From the human T2T-CHM13v2.0 reference genome, Homo sapiens: a stretch of 64,000 nucleotides of DNA. The DNA lies in the NCBI RefSeq assembly GCF_009914755.1, contig NC_060926.1; one strand, written 5' to 3'. Positions 18,190 through 32,050 of this stretch are shown here, in pieces (position 1 is the stretch's first letter; each line of letters starts with the position of its first letter). The notes below the pieces were generated by a model, which searched no databases, was not told the DNA's origin, and saw nothing but the letters and a program-made list of their open reading frames with translations. Position numbers and translations under genes: made by a program.

Positions 18190-18913
18190 GAAAAGAGGAT
18201 TCTTGTAAAGGCTCAGGGCTCAATAGAGCAGAGGTGGCTGTGAGCCAGGTACCACAAGAACAAGAACGAAAAAGTGCTTGAGAATGGGTGTGACTTTCTC
18301 TCTTCCTATTAGACGTGCTGTTTCTTTTTCTCTGTGAATCTGCCTCATTGTTTCCTTTTGCAAAATGGCTTCCTCAGCTTAGCCACCTGCTTGCTCATGG
18401 CCCACCATTGATGGCCCCATTCCCTCAGCCCCATTTTCTCTGTCACAGACTTTCTTCTTCAAAGGAATTCATGGACTAACCAGAGACCTATGACTTGTGT
18501 GACCAATACATTGACCCCTCAGGGTCCTCAGGGCCTGCCACAGTCCAGTAACTGCGTCTGGAACAAAGGGACGGGATATCTGGGAAGAAGGGAGGGTCTC
18601 TGGCCGACATCTTGGAAGGTGTTAGAGGCACACAGAATCCACATTTGGCAGAACGCCCAATGGCCATTGCTTGAATCGGTATTCTACGGAACCAGAATAT
18701 CTGCATCTTCAAAAGAACTTTTGGTTATGAGAAGAGAATCTGAATTTCATGAAAAAACTGATTATTACAATTTTATTGTTAAAAATTAATAATTGTAGCA
18801 GATGCTATTTTCGCCACATCATACGCCCTCAGACCACCTAATTTCAGTTGCAGCTTTGGAAAAGCTTCCTGTGCTCAGTAGCAGTGTCACGTATCAGGCC
18901 CCTAAGATTTGTG

Positions 18914-18914
<1 letters not shown>

Positions 18915-18962
<48 letters not shown>
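18915..18962. repeat. (TG)24 microsatellite
   Basis: Direct observation. Confidence 0.95.
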
Positions 18963-18963
<1 letters not shown>

Positions 18964-20217
18964 TGGGGGTGGAGGATTAATGACCCTATGGCAACTCTCA
19001 CCATTGGGTGATGGAAGTTAATGCCTTCTGATGTTCAGAGGCTCAATTCAGAGGTGGCATTCTACATATTTCCTCAGTGAGTGTCCAGTAGGATTGAGTC
19101 CCAATTTTGCATATTGGTAGTCAGCTCACTGCTAATTTCCCATTGCTGACTTTTCCTCATTCTCTGTCTCAGTCTTCTTAGTCTCTCACTCCTGCTTCCT
19201 GAGATTGCCTCTAAAATAAAAGATCTGCCCCAAATTATTATCTGAGGCCCTGTCTTTGGGGGAACCCAGATTTAAAAATTTTGTATTGTAGAGGAGGGAC
19301 AGAATTTTGTAGCAAACTCAGTTGCTGGGTCGCTCTTAGACTCATTGTTCTGCCTATTCCTAACACTAAATAGATGTTCTGTTTTGGCTGATAGAGATTA
19401 TATTCACATCATTGCCTGTTTGGATCAGAGGCCTCTCAAGGGAGCAGATTAGACTTCAAAGAAACCAACCACAAGAAGGAAATCTTGTAGAGGAAAGCTT
19501 TCTGAGAAACCTCCTCCCATCTTTCTCCTCTCCTTTGTCTTTGTGTGCAACTTCCTCCACTCTAGTCTGAGCTCAGGGCTCAGGCCAGGCTGCTTCCTGT
19601 TGGCAGGTTGCTGGGGTGTAGACTGTCAGACAGCAAATAAAAAGAGCTATGAAATCATAACCATTCTCTAAAGAGTTAACTCTTCTGTGTGAGACTAACA
19701 CAGAGGGTAGAATGGATGTGATTAAAAATTTTTGTCAAATCCACCTAGGCTGTGACAGAATTCTTGGTAAGTCATGGGTCAGAACATACAATGTATTTTT
19801 GCCTAGAAGCAAAGCTCCTCATGGTAGATGGGGAACCAGGGAGGGTCGCAAAGACCTATTTGACCTTCAAGGGGTCTGATTATAGCACCCAACACAACAT
19901 ACCAATAATGCAGTCCCACAAGACCCAGGGATCCCATATGACACTGTTCTCTTACCTCCAGAGACATACGGTGGTCCACCCAAAGCCTCATATCTCTGAC
20001 GATTTTTTTCCACAGAATGTTACCATGTTACCTACCATGCCTCAGGCATTGAGCTAAACGACCAGGCTACAAAGATGCACAGAGATGCCTTACCTTGAAG
20101 AGTTCAAGACCTGGGGTACAGAATGGCCAGGGGCACAAGACAGCTCATGGAGGAGGAACGAAAAGTCCAGCACCGTGAGATGAGTATTCAAACGCAAGTA
20201 TGCAAGGGGCCTTGGGG

Positions 20218-20741
20218 TGGGGGCGTTATCTTTTTTTTTTTTTTATTATACTTTAAGTTTTAGGGTACATGTGCACATTGTGCAGGTTAGTTACATATGT
20301 ATACATGTGCCATGCTGGTGCGCTACACCCACTAACTCGTCATCTAGCATTAGGTATATCTTCCAATGCTATCCCTCCCCCCTCCCCCCGCCACCACAGT
20401 CCCCAGAGTGTGATATTCCCCTTCCTGTGTCCATGTGATCTCATTGTTCAATTCCCACCTATGAGTGAGAATATGAAATACCATTTGACCCAGCCATCCC
20501 ATTACTGGGTATATACCCAAAGGACTATAAATCATGCTGCTATAAAGACACATGCACACGTATGTTTATTGCGGCATTATTCACAATAGCAAAGACTTGG
20601 AACCAACCCAAATGTCCAACAATGATAGACTGGATTAAGAAAATGTGGCACATATACACCGTGGAATACTATGCAGCCATAAAAAATGATGAGTTCATGT
20701 CCTTTGTAGGGACATGGATGAAATTGGGGGCGTTATCTTTT
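20218..20741. mobile_element. Short 5'-inverted L1PA2-like insertion (polyA on minus strand) with 17-bp TSD
   Basis: TSD tgggggcgttatctttt at 20218-20234 and 20725-20741. 20231-20475 is the L1 3' end on minus; 20475-20727 is ORF2 3' sequence on plus ([18 protein letters not shown]). Confidence 0.93.
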
Positions 20742-23081
20742 CATGCTCCAGGAAGGCTTCAGAAGAAAGTGAGGTGCCTGTGAGCCTGTTCTTGAAGGAA
20801 CAGAAGTTTGCTCAGGCAAAGATGTAGAAAAAGTCTTTCCCAGCAAAGGGAACTACGAAGATAGAGAGGTGTGAGGGGCCTGGCAGAGCCAGAGACAAGC
20901 AGACAGCTTGAGAGTGGTGGCTGCTAACGGATGGTGGCCTGCTGACAGATTGTGCTGGGGCCACAGGGTGGTTTCTTAACTGGAACCACACTTAAGGATG
21001 GAGATATTTTATGAAAAGGGCCAGATTTTCTGTTTCTCTTGAAAAAAAAAATAGTAAAACTGACCTCCCTGCTGGAGATCCACTTTAGACTGGGACTGAG
21101 AAGTGAACTCCTCCTTCAGCGGTGGTCAGTGCCTGCCAGTACATCACTATGTCCACCACAACCCTGGATTCAGACTCATTCATCGTCATTCATGCTTTCA
21201 TCAAGCAGTTGCACTAATTCAGATGACTCACTTCACTCCAGGAGGTGTTTGACTTTTCAGCCTCTGGGTAAGCATCATTGGATACTAAAGAGAGAGGAAG
21301 GGTAAGATTGGCAGAGTTCAACTGGCAACTGTGGGAAGGCATTACCACCCCAGTACTGAAGGGGCAAGTGGAGGACGTGGTGTCCTGAAGCCCAGTGGGA
21401 GTGGGGCTGGGGAGTAGGGGCCCAGGGAGCCTAGCCTTGGGGACACAGTTGCTGCCAGATATGCAGCATTGGAGCAGGGAGGGAGCGAGGATGACAAGTC
21501 CCCATGTCTCTCCTCCTACACGCACTCCGATCTCCTGCCAGTGCCTCCCACTGGCTGAACTGGAAGCCAGAGGACAAGAGAGCCCTAAGGAGGTGGCCCA
21601 GAGGGGTCAGCTTCTGGGCACAGCGCAGACATGGGGAGAATGGATCTGGGAGTGGCAAATGACTGGCACAAATAGGCACCTAAGGAGTGGAAAGCACCAG
21701 AGAGAGCCCTCTCCTGATGAGAGTCGCTGGGGATGTGGTCCCTGTGTGGGGGCCATCCTTAGGATGGCTCTGATGTTAGGAGATGGGAGGTAAGGGGATT
21801 GAGCAGGGCCTGAGATCCCCCTCCATCACTGGGAAGCCCTGGGAGGACAGAGGATCAAATCTGAACTCGCAAAGATTATTCCAGAAGGGTGCAGTGGGAG
21901 ATGGAGGCTTGGAGCTAAATAGGGGTAACCCATGGACTCATAGGTAGGAGACGGTGGTCAGATGCCCCAGGTCTTCTGGCTTATGCTCTAGTTCACCAGG
22001 AGACCCTCTGGGCCCTGGTTGGTACCCACCTCTGTGTGATCACTTTGGAATTAGGAGGCACACTTGCCTGGAGGACAGCCAGAGCCAGCAGGCAGCTCTG
22101 TCAATGAAACAGAAGCTTCTACTGAGACAAAACTAAACTGTCTCCTGGCCTTGCCCCTTGAGGTCAGACCAAACCTCCTTATGTCTGAAGACAGTTGTCC
22201 TCACTCCTCTGGGTCATTAACCACTTGGAAAAGTGATGTCCTGAAATCATCACCCCCTGGTTTGGTCCCATTTGCTACTGGCTCTATGAAAATATTTCTC
22301 ATGGGCACCTCCCACCTCACAGCTTCTTTTACCTTGAAGGTCAGTGGGGGACAAGGCGAGGGGGGCCTCCCTAGAGCTGGACAATATATTGATAGCATTT
22401 AGGATCACATCAGATTTTTTTATTCCAAGAATCAGGCTGTGCTTATGAGATTCAGCTCACAACCCTGGGCTAAATCGGTGGGAATTAGACAGACAGGCAC
22501 AGGAGGCTCAGAAGGAAACAGTAACATTCCAGGGTGACACAGCCAGCAAGAAGCAGGCTGTAGTGAAACCCTGGGCCTTTGCCTCCAAGCCTCCTCCCAC
22601 CACAGGGGCTCTGGACCTCTGCACTCTGGTTAGGGGGCTTCTTTCACAAGGGCTGGTGGGAGAGTTATGCTGCAGTGGAGGGGTGTGGCTGTTTGCTCTG
22701 ATCTGGTAGGACATGCTTTAAGTGATGCTGGCTCCTCACAGCCCAGTTCTCCTGGGATGTCACATGTCCAGAATCCCTTCCTGCAATGTGCAGGACTAAC
22801 AGCTGAAGCCCCAGCCCCAGGTTAGTGGAGATGTCCTCTTGCCCAGCTCTCAACTTCACCTACTTCCTGCAGGGGAAGCTCTGCAGGTCTTGGGATGGAG
22901 GTCCTTAAGGACTCTGGGTCCCAGGCACCTGTGCAGATGCACAAGCCTGAGGTTTCCATTGGAGCAAATGGTCCTGGAAAGTGGTCTCCCCTTCCCACTT
23001 TCTCTCTTTCCCTTTCAGCATAAATGCCCAACTTTCTTTTATTCCCAAGTGTAAAAGTTGGCTCCTAAAAAGCCACTGCCT

Positions 23082-23569
<488 letters not shown>

Positions 23570-24664
23570 TCACACTTCTCCTATGCCACCTGCTCCCTGC
23601 GGCCTCGTGTATTCGAGAGGGGAGTAGGATATGGATTAGAATCACCTGGAGAGATTTTTAAAGTGATGCCTAAGGTCCATCCCCATATATTCAAATTCCT
23701 TATTGATCTTGGGTGACAGACACCACGCTATGAAACAGGCATCGCTAGACACAGCTTCTGTGACTGCAAGCAATTCACTCCTGACTTCTGGAGGTGAAAG
23801 GCTGTGGTGGAAATCTCAGAGCCTGCTGGAAGTAGCAAGTCCTGCAGAAAGCAGTTGCGGAAGAGAGGTTTCAGGAGCCAGGGGGAAAAAAGTGCTCGTA
23901 GTGAAGCTCTGAGCTAGAGAGGAAGCAAGGCAAGGATTATACTCAAATGTCCCCAAACAGCCAGGCATAAGTCAGGGCAACTAGGAAAGATAGGGGTCTG
24001 AAGTTTGGGCCAACAGGATCCAAAAAGGCTAGACCCAAAGCATCCAGAACATGGCTTTCAAGTTGTCAACTGCAAGTCAACTGGATGAGGAAAGGTCTGG
24101 CTTGATTCAAAGTTGATCGGTGCTTTTTCCTGGAATGGGTCCTCCCCACCCCAGACAGTTCAGTGCACCTGACCAGGACAAGGGGCAATCACTGGACCTT
24201 GGTTCTGGCAGGCAGGCAGCCTTGGCAGGTAGATGGTTTAGAAATTGGGAAGGAGGAGAAAAAATGGGGACTAGTGAAAAATCCCACTGGTTAGGAAGAA
24301 GGCCTGGAGATGTCTCTAAAGACTGAATAGGGTCATGAGGAGGAAGACCAGGTTTGGGTAGCAAGTCTCCCCACTCTCTCTTAAGAGGTAGGGAAAGACT
24401 TTATTGAGGGCCAGATGCCAGGCCAGGGAGCTTGGGATGAAGAATTCCTTGAGTTTCCATCTTTCTGCAAGTTTGGCTGATCCTAAGCCCTCTGGGGTCT
24501 GGACAGCAAGCTCCACATGCTCGTCCCTCCCTACAAAGAGTAGAACCTTCTTTGGGGCCCAGGATTTTATACTGTGCAGCAACGATTTCACCCTCCACTT
24601 CTCTGTGAGTGCTTCCTATGTTGCATATGTGAAACCCACCCACAGGTTAGAAGTGCAGAGGCCT

Positions 24665-25034
<370 letters not shown>

Positions 25035-25310
25035 TTATAATTAGAGACTGGGTGGTAGGGAACAGGGGTGGGTGAGCCCAGGGGTATGGTGGGAGATGGA
25101 CAGATCTATTTTTTTCCTTCAACTAGGCTGAGCAGAGAAGATCCAGATAAATGCAGCCCTTCATTCAAGGCTACACTTTCTGATGGCTATTACATTTGAA
25201 CTCCAAGAGGTAAACTCTGTTTCACTTCTTCTGCAAAGCCTTTTCAAAGCTTTTCCATAAAACTGTAGCTCAACACTAAGTAAGTTGTCCCTTCACTGAA
25301 TCCTATAGCA

Positions 25311-25631
25311 CAGTAGTTCTTAAATTTGAGCATCAGCCAAGCGCAGTGGTCCACGCCTATAATCCCAGAACTCTGAGGCCAAGGTGGAGGATTGCTTGAG
25401 CCCAGGAGTTTGAAACCAGCCTGGAAAACACAGGGAGACCCCGCCTCTCTACAAAATTAAAAAATATATAAAAATTTTGAGCATGTATTAGAATCACCCA
25501 GAGGGCAGAGAGAGTATGGAGCACCCCCACAGTATAGTAGGTCTGGGCTGGAGCCCAAAGATTTGCATTCCTAACAAGTTCACAGGTTATACCAATGCTG
25601 CAGGTCTGGAACCATGCTTTGAGAACCACAG
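25311..25631. mobile_element. MER5A-like element interrupted by an Alu monomer (FLAM-like, ~25336-25470)
   Basis: cagtagttcttaaatttgagcat [Alu left monomer] aattttgagcatgtattagaatcacc...tttgagaaccac. Confidence 0.75.
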
Positions 25632-26004
25632 CTGTTAACATATATGCTCTACCTTATAATTTCATCTCTTATTTGTATTGTCTAGAAATAGTCCTGAATT
25701 ATTCTTAGCGTATCAGTCTGTCTTCTCGACCAGATTTCAATTCCTGCAGTGGCAGAGGTTGTATATATTTTCTACCACATCAATTAGCATTATTGGACAC
25801 ATAGTCTACTAAGTACTTATACACTGGGAAGAGCTTCAGAGAACTTGAATTCTTCAAGGAGACAGGGATCAACTATGGTTAATTATAGGATTTCCACATT
25901 TTGCAAAAGATCATCTAATTTTTCCTCATCATTCATATTTGCAGAGAAAAGTCTTCATTTCCTTGAGCAATATCCTAATCTCATTAAAGAAACACTCCAG
26001 TCTT

Positions 26005-29000
26005 GATTTAGGAAAAAAAGATTCATTCCTTCATCCTTCCAAATAAGGTACAGTACAACTCAATAACAATGCACATTACTGAAAAACACAATTGCGTCTT
26101 ATATTGCTCACTACTCTTTAAGTATAATTCAGATATTAAGGAAAATAACTGCTAATCACATTAACACATTACAGAAATCAAAATTAACTTACCACACAAA
26201 ATAAATTAAAACATTAAATATTAACCTTTTCAGTGCAACATATACAGACATCAGAGTAAGGAGTTCTAAAAAAAAGCATCAGGTTTATTATAATAAAGAT
26301 AATGAAAAGTTGACCATTTTAGTAAATTATTAAGACTAACAAGAGGAGTTGCTTTTTCAGTACTCTCTCTCTCTCTGTGTGAACCACTAGATCTTTCAGA
26401 AAGCCTGGTAAATCAATGGCTAGAGAGAACAGGTCTTATGTTAGAACATTTAAAAATATACATGTTTGTCTTACTTCTGCAATGTGTTCTTGGTTTTGGG
26501 CATTTGAGTCATTCCTCCTTCTGTGACTGGGCAGGTTGGAAGAGATCAAAGCCCAGAACCAACTAGAGGGCAGGGGTCTCCTGAGCAGTGTTAGAGCCTC
26601 ATTAGTCCATCCCGGCCAAATTGACTGAAAAAGCAACTGGTGACCCATGTGCCCTCGAAAACCTGGCTTGAAGATAACAGGCAGTTTTCTGTACCTGCAA
26701 AACACAATCCCTTGAGAAGCTCCAGAAGCACAAATTCTCCTCCCTTACCAGTGTGGGTGGGTGAGTGGCAATCCCATCTTTTTCTCCTTTCTCAGGGAAA
26801 AGAACTCTAGGGCCATTCTGCCCATCTCTCCTGCGGGGACACAATGGCCAGCCCATCCCTGGCTTGGTTCCACGTGTGTCCAGCCGGGGCCCTGTCTTCC
26901 AGATCAGGGTTGGCTGCTGTCTATCTTTCCATGTAGAAGAAAACATTTCCTGTCAGGATGCTTAAAAAAAGTCACAGCCTGTAGAGCAGTGGGAAAAATC
27001 CAGGCTCCATAAGAGTATTGGAGGCCTTTTAAAAAATGTTTGTTATTTTTTTAAATGGGGGCTTTTCATTGTCTCCTGAGCCATTGGAAACAGCGATGCT
27101 CCCCACTGCCAGGTGTGTGGCAGCTTACCAGGTCAGGATGTTAAATGATTCTCTAATTGTAGTGAACAATTGATTTTCTAAAGGGCAAGGAAACACAGGG
27201 AGCTTGCAGAGATGGATTAGAAGATGCATTTTTAACTTGAAATGGAGTATTTTTGCAGCTAACCAAAGACTACCATTGCCATTAAATGGCAGAGGGATCC
27301 AATGCTTATCAGTCATTTGATTTCTAGAAGAAAAATCCCCAAATAAGCCAGGCTGTTCTATCCTGAGGCATGGACAATGGTCCAACCAGGCTTGCATTGA
27401 TGCAGCCTCTTTTTCAGACCTGCTGGTTTCCAAAGGACTGACTTGGAAGGCACTTCTAGGGAGGCGTATATGTGAGGCCTCTCACTGCATGTGTGTTACA
27501 GGCATAAGGATGAGGGCACTGGCAGGTGTGACTTGCTGGACCTAGGAACTAGAACATTCACAGACACTAAATCTCAAGTCTTCGCAGGGAACCTCTGCTT
27601 CCGCCATCTGTCCAGCCTCATTCCTACGCCTCTGCAAAGTCTCTTGGATGCTAACTACTGATTGATAGAGGTCTAAAAACCAGTGTCCGTTGATTGGTCT
27701 CTAAGCAGGATGCTACAGTCAAGCCTCAACCCACATATCTGGCCCAAGGGATGTAAACTTGAACTTATTTTAGTAATTTAAAAACCTGGAGCTGTGTCAA
27801 CTACGTTGCTAGGGGGTCAGCTCTGAACAGATCCAAGTGCTTCAGGTGTGGCATTGTTAAATAAGAGTGCCAAAAATGAAGACACGGGTCATAGAATTGT
27901 CTGAATTATAAAAAAAAATAAAGAGAAAATTCATAGAAATTGTTCTTCCAGACCAAGGAAGAAGAATTAGGGGAAGACAAAATTCTCTGAAAATTTCAAG
28001 CCAATTTAACATATTTTAAATGTACCTTTCACGATGTAATAAGCTAGGTGCACTTAAGAGTTAATACATAGAAATCTTTCACTTTTCAGATATTAGTAGC
28101 ATTTCCTCACATAAGGAGTTTATATATTATTTCTTCATTACTCTGTTTCCAAATTTTAATGAAAATTCCTAGGGATGAGCTATCCACTATGTATTTGAAG
28201 GGACCCACTGTTTCTCACAGGCAGGCCCCGTGGGTCAGATGGACCCAGATGCTCAGGGGAACAATTGCTCCTTCTCTTGAGGGGAAAGGAAGACCCACAT
28301 AGTGGAGGTGACTTGTTAGAGTTTTTGTTAATAAAGCCGGCATCCTGAATGGAAATGAGGAAAAAAAAATTACTGGAATAGTTTTCCTAGTGCTCGAAAA
28401 TAAATAGCAAAGTTAAACTTCTCCTTTTAAAAATAAAGCAACAAACCAACCAAGCAACAAAATGGAAAATAAATGACTGGTCCCCCTTTCATGGATTTGG
28501 CCTGAAATGCCTATGGCTCGTGGCTAATGTTCTATTTCTAAACATACTTACCGAGGGCTCACGAGGAAGTGAACCCATTTAATCACTGAGCAGTACAATA
28601 TGTATTGGGTTTATCCTGTGTAGACACACACACTCTTCCTCTCTCCCCAACAGAGGGGACAGATCCCTGCTGATGGATTTGCTAAGTTTTCTCCCAGAAC
28701 GTATTGAGGCATTTACCGGCTTTGTGGCTTCAATGGCACCATTTCTGAACCCCTACCTTTATTCCTACCAGTAACCCAGCCTCTGGTTCCATCTCCGCAC
28801 CCTGGAAGACTTTTCCCAAGCCTTAGCTGTCTTGAAGAGGCCAGACATTTCTAATCAGTATAGCTTTTCAGTCAGCAACACATACATCATTAATGTAGAA
28901 GTCTGAAGGGGTTTTATACTTTTTACATTGACTTAAGAGATTAAAAATAAAACCATTATCCATCTAATAAATAAGACATCATCTCCAAGGGTGGCGATAG

Positions 29001-29581
29001 CTTGGGATGGTCTTCAATGTCATGTGTCCATGGAAGATGTTGGGCTGGTTGAGGGTCTCGTGGTTAGAGGATACAGCTTCTCTTAAAGCTAGGGTCTTCA
29101 TGTGATATTAAACAGTTTCCCCTCCTTCACTTTCTTCCCCAGTAGGCAAATGACAGAAAACAATAACTATAGAAATCTCCTGTGTTGGGCAGAATTCTGT
29201 TGTGGGGAGGTGGCCCATTAAAAAGAAATATATAGCCTGGAATCCATGGCTGGCAGAAGACAACTGCACACATGTGGACTCAGACACCAACTGCTGCACA
29301 CACCTCACCTAGGTGAACAGGAGTCCGTCTCTTTGCAGTTCTTTTTTAACAAGTCTTGAAATCGTGGTCCGCTGATTTCTTCTCTAGGTCACACTGAATA
29401 ACCCCAAGCAGACGGAGTTCTTGACAGAGTTTTGAAGGCCCACAAAAGGCTGCACAGGTGATTACAGGCCAAGTAGGAAGGTCTGTGGCACACCCAGGCA
29501 TCTCTGGCAGTGCTGTCCTGAAGAAGCCTTTCTTTATTGATCTGCCACAGTCCACCTGGCCAAACTCCTCCTCTGGGCTCT
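26005..29581 (-). other. TGFA: TGFA 3'UTR (~3.6 kb); 3' end approximate
   Basis: Follows the stop codon, AU-rich, no recognisable Alu/L1. Candidate signals AATAAA (26284-26289) and AATGAA (26022-26027). Length fits the known 4-4.5 kb mRNA. Confidence 0.75.
26022..26027 (-). terminator. Candidate distal polyadenylation signal (variant AATGAA)
   Basis: Minus-strand AATGAA with two upstream UGUA motifs (~26049-26057) and a downstream GU/U-rich stretch (ggagtgtttctttaatg, ~25982-25998). Inference only. Confidence 0.5.
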
Positions 29582-29589
29582 TCAGACCA
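29582..29589 (-). CDS. TGFA: TGFA exon 6 coding part: completes the C-terminal VV and TGA stop
   Basis: Pyrimidine tract + cAG, then TG GTC TGA. With the last G of exon 5 this gives ETVV*, the known pro-TGF-alpha C-terminus. Confidence 0.96.
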
Positions 29590-31383
29590 CTGGCAGGAAG
29601 GAAAAACAGGTTAAGCACTGTGGGCCACACCCTGGCCACGTTGGGAAAATAAGCTTAGGAAAGAGACTTGGAGATGGCAGAGCCAATGTCACCAAGTTCT
29701 CTCGGGCAGTTAGGCCCGAGTCCAAATTCTGCTGGTTCAGTCTCAGGGACCGCAACCTCTGACCTAGTACTTTCAGTGCCAAAGGAAGCTAGAGAGACTG
29801 ATTGAAAGTGAGTGAGTGAGTGAGTGATAGCAGAAGGAAGGCAGATGGGGGGGAGCGGGGGGATGCCCCCTGTTGTGAGGGTCTCATTTTAATCTGGCCT
29901 GCAGTCAGATCCTGTAAGGGGTGGCTTGGTGGGCAGCCCTAGTCCAGGGCTCTGGTGGCAGAAAGGCTTCCCCTGAGGCCATACAAGAATGGACCCATTT
30001 ATTTTTCAATGGCTGGGCCCTGAGGGTATCCTCTGTGTCTGTCGTGGTGAGGCAGCATGGACCGTCCTCAGTTCCTGAGTTCAGCTTAGCCTGGACATGT
30101 CTCTAGGTCCTTGCCATGGTTCTTCTAGAGGTGCTCACAGGTGAGTACCACTGGTTCACCCATCCTTTAGGCCCAGCAGGCCTGACAGGTGCTATATGAG
30201 GTTGTGATATGCACCATCTGAGGGAGAGGGACTTCAGCCCAGGTTGCCATCTCTAAAGGCCAGACCCATCCCCAGGCTTAGAGCTAACTTCTTAAATGTG
30301 GGTAGAGAAGAAGTGACATTAACAAGAAACTTACTCCACCCCAAATGACTCTGTTAGGTTCAGACAAATGCTACAGAATCTATTACAAATTTTCTTAAAA
30401 GATTAAAAACATTTTTCTATTGGTGCTAAAAGAAAAAATAAAAATATTTACCTTCATTAGCTCAATAGATTAGCCCAAGGTAGCTGAAAGGAGATGTTGA
30501 GAGGGGGCTTTAGAGGCCCTGGTTCTCATCCTCACTCCCCCACTGATTCCCAGTGGGACCCAAGCAGGCTGTCATCAGACTCAGTTTACCCACATCGCTC
30601 ATGAGCCATCCTCTTCCTAAGACCACTGTAAGGCTGAATGGATTTGCATCCTCAAGAGCTGTGGCTCCTAAATCTCAAGTGCCGCTCCCGCACTCTCTGT
30701 GTGCTCCCTTACTGTGCACGATGACTATGGTTATTGAAATAAAGAACAAACACATATGTTCTTGGGGCTTCAGCTCCCTCCAGATGACCATGAGCTCTAA
30801 TGAATGCACATGTGTCCAGCCTCCCAGAAGCCTTCCTCCCTACCCTCTCCATGGACCCTGGAACTTCTGAACGCCAACTGTTTACTAGGGAAGGACACCT
30901 CTGGGTGGATTCGCTTTAATGACTGTCTCTTGACCCACTATGTCCTCAAGAAGAACTTTACGATGGGCTCTCTTGGTCAAAATTGAATCCCTGAAAAGCT
31001 GGCCGGTGTGAGACTTTTCCAGCCCTGTTTGGATGAAGGACTCTTCACCTCCACAAGCACAGAGCCACTGATGCTCCGAGGAGGCTCCTGAGGTGCAAGC
31101 TGGGCCCCACATCCTGATGTCTTCATGGATGTTGGCGAAAATATCCAGGAAACAAGGTAAACTTAATGAAGATCATAGGATCTAAGGGTTTTAAGGTCAT
31201 TAGAGACCTTTCATAGGCCAAATTCCTCCTTTTACAGATGAAAAAGGGGAAGTGACTTTCTCAAGGGAAAGAGAATGAACATCTCTTGAGTGCCTACAAT
31301 TGGGTGATACACTATACTAGGTATTTTATATCAGTACTCCTCCAATTTGCACATCTTTTTAAGAATAAGAAAACCGAGGGTAA

Positions 31384-31766
<383 letters not shown>

Positions 31767-31940
31767 CTACTAAGTAAAAGGCACCTATGAATAAACTAAA
31801 CCTGACTTGGTAGAATGAAACAGTCTCTTCCTTTTCTCCTCTCTTCCTGCTTCATACTCCAGGAACTTCTGCCCTGACTTGGAGAAGGTGGTCGTTTTCT
31901 CCACCCAATAGTGTCTCCCACCAGAGAAGAGTCTCCTTAC

Positions 31941-32050
31941 CTGTTTCTGAGTGGCAGCAAGCGGTTCTTCCCTTCAGGAGGGCGCTGGGCTTCTCGTGCC
32001 GGCAGATGAGGGCCCGGCACCACTCACAGTGTTTTCGGACCTGGCAGCAG
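31941..32050 (-). CDS. TGFA: TGFA exon 5 (110 bp): Cys-rich cytoplasmic tail
   Basis: Translates (H)CCQVRKHCEWCRALICRHEKPSALLKGRTACCHSET. Acceptor ttgcAG, donor GTAAGG at 31940-31935. Confidence 0.98.

Noticed and set aside
28984-28995. Minus-strand GCC ACC CTT GGA (ATLG), recalling a reported alternative TGF-alpha C-terminus
   Set aside because: No AG acceptor directly upstream and no stop directly after, so an exon cannot be supported from sequence alone.
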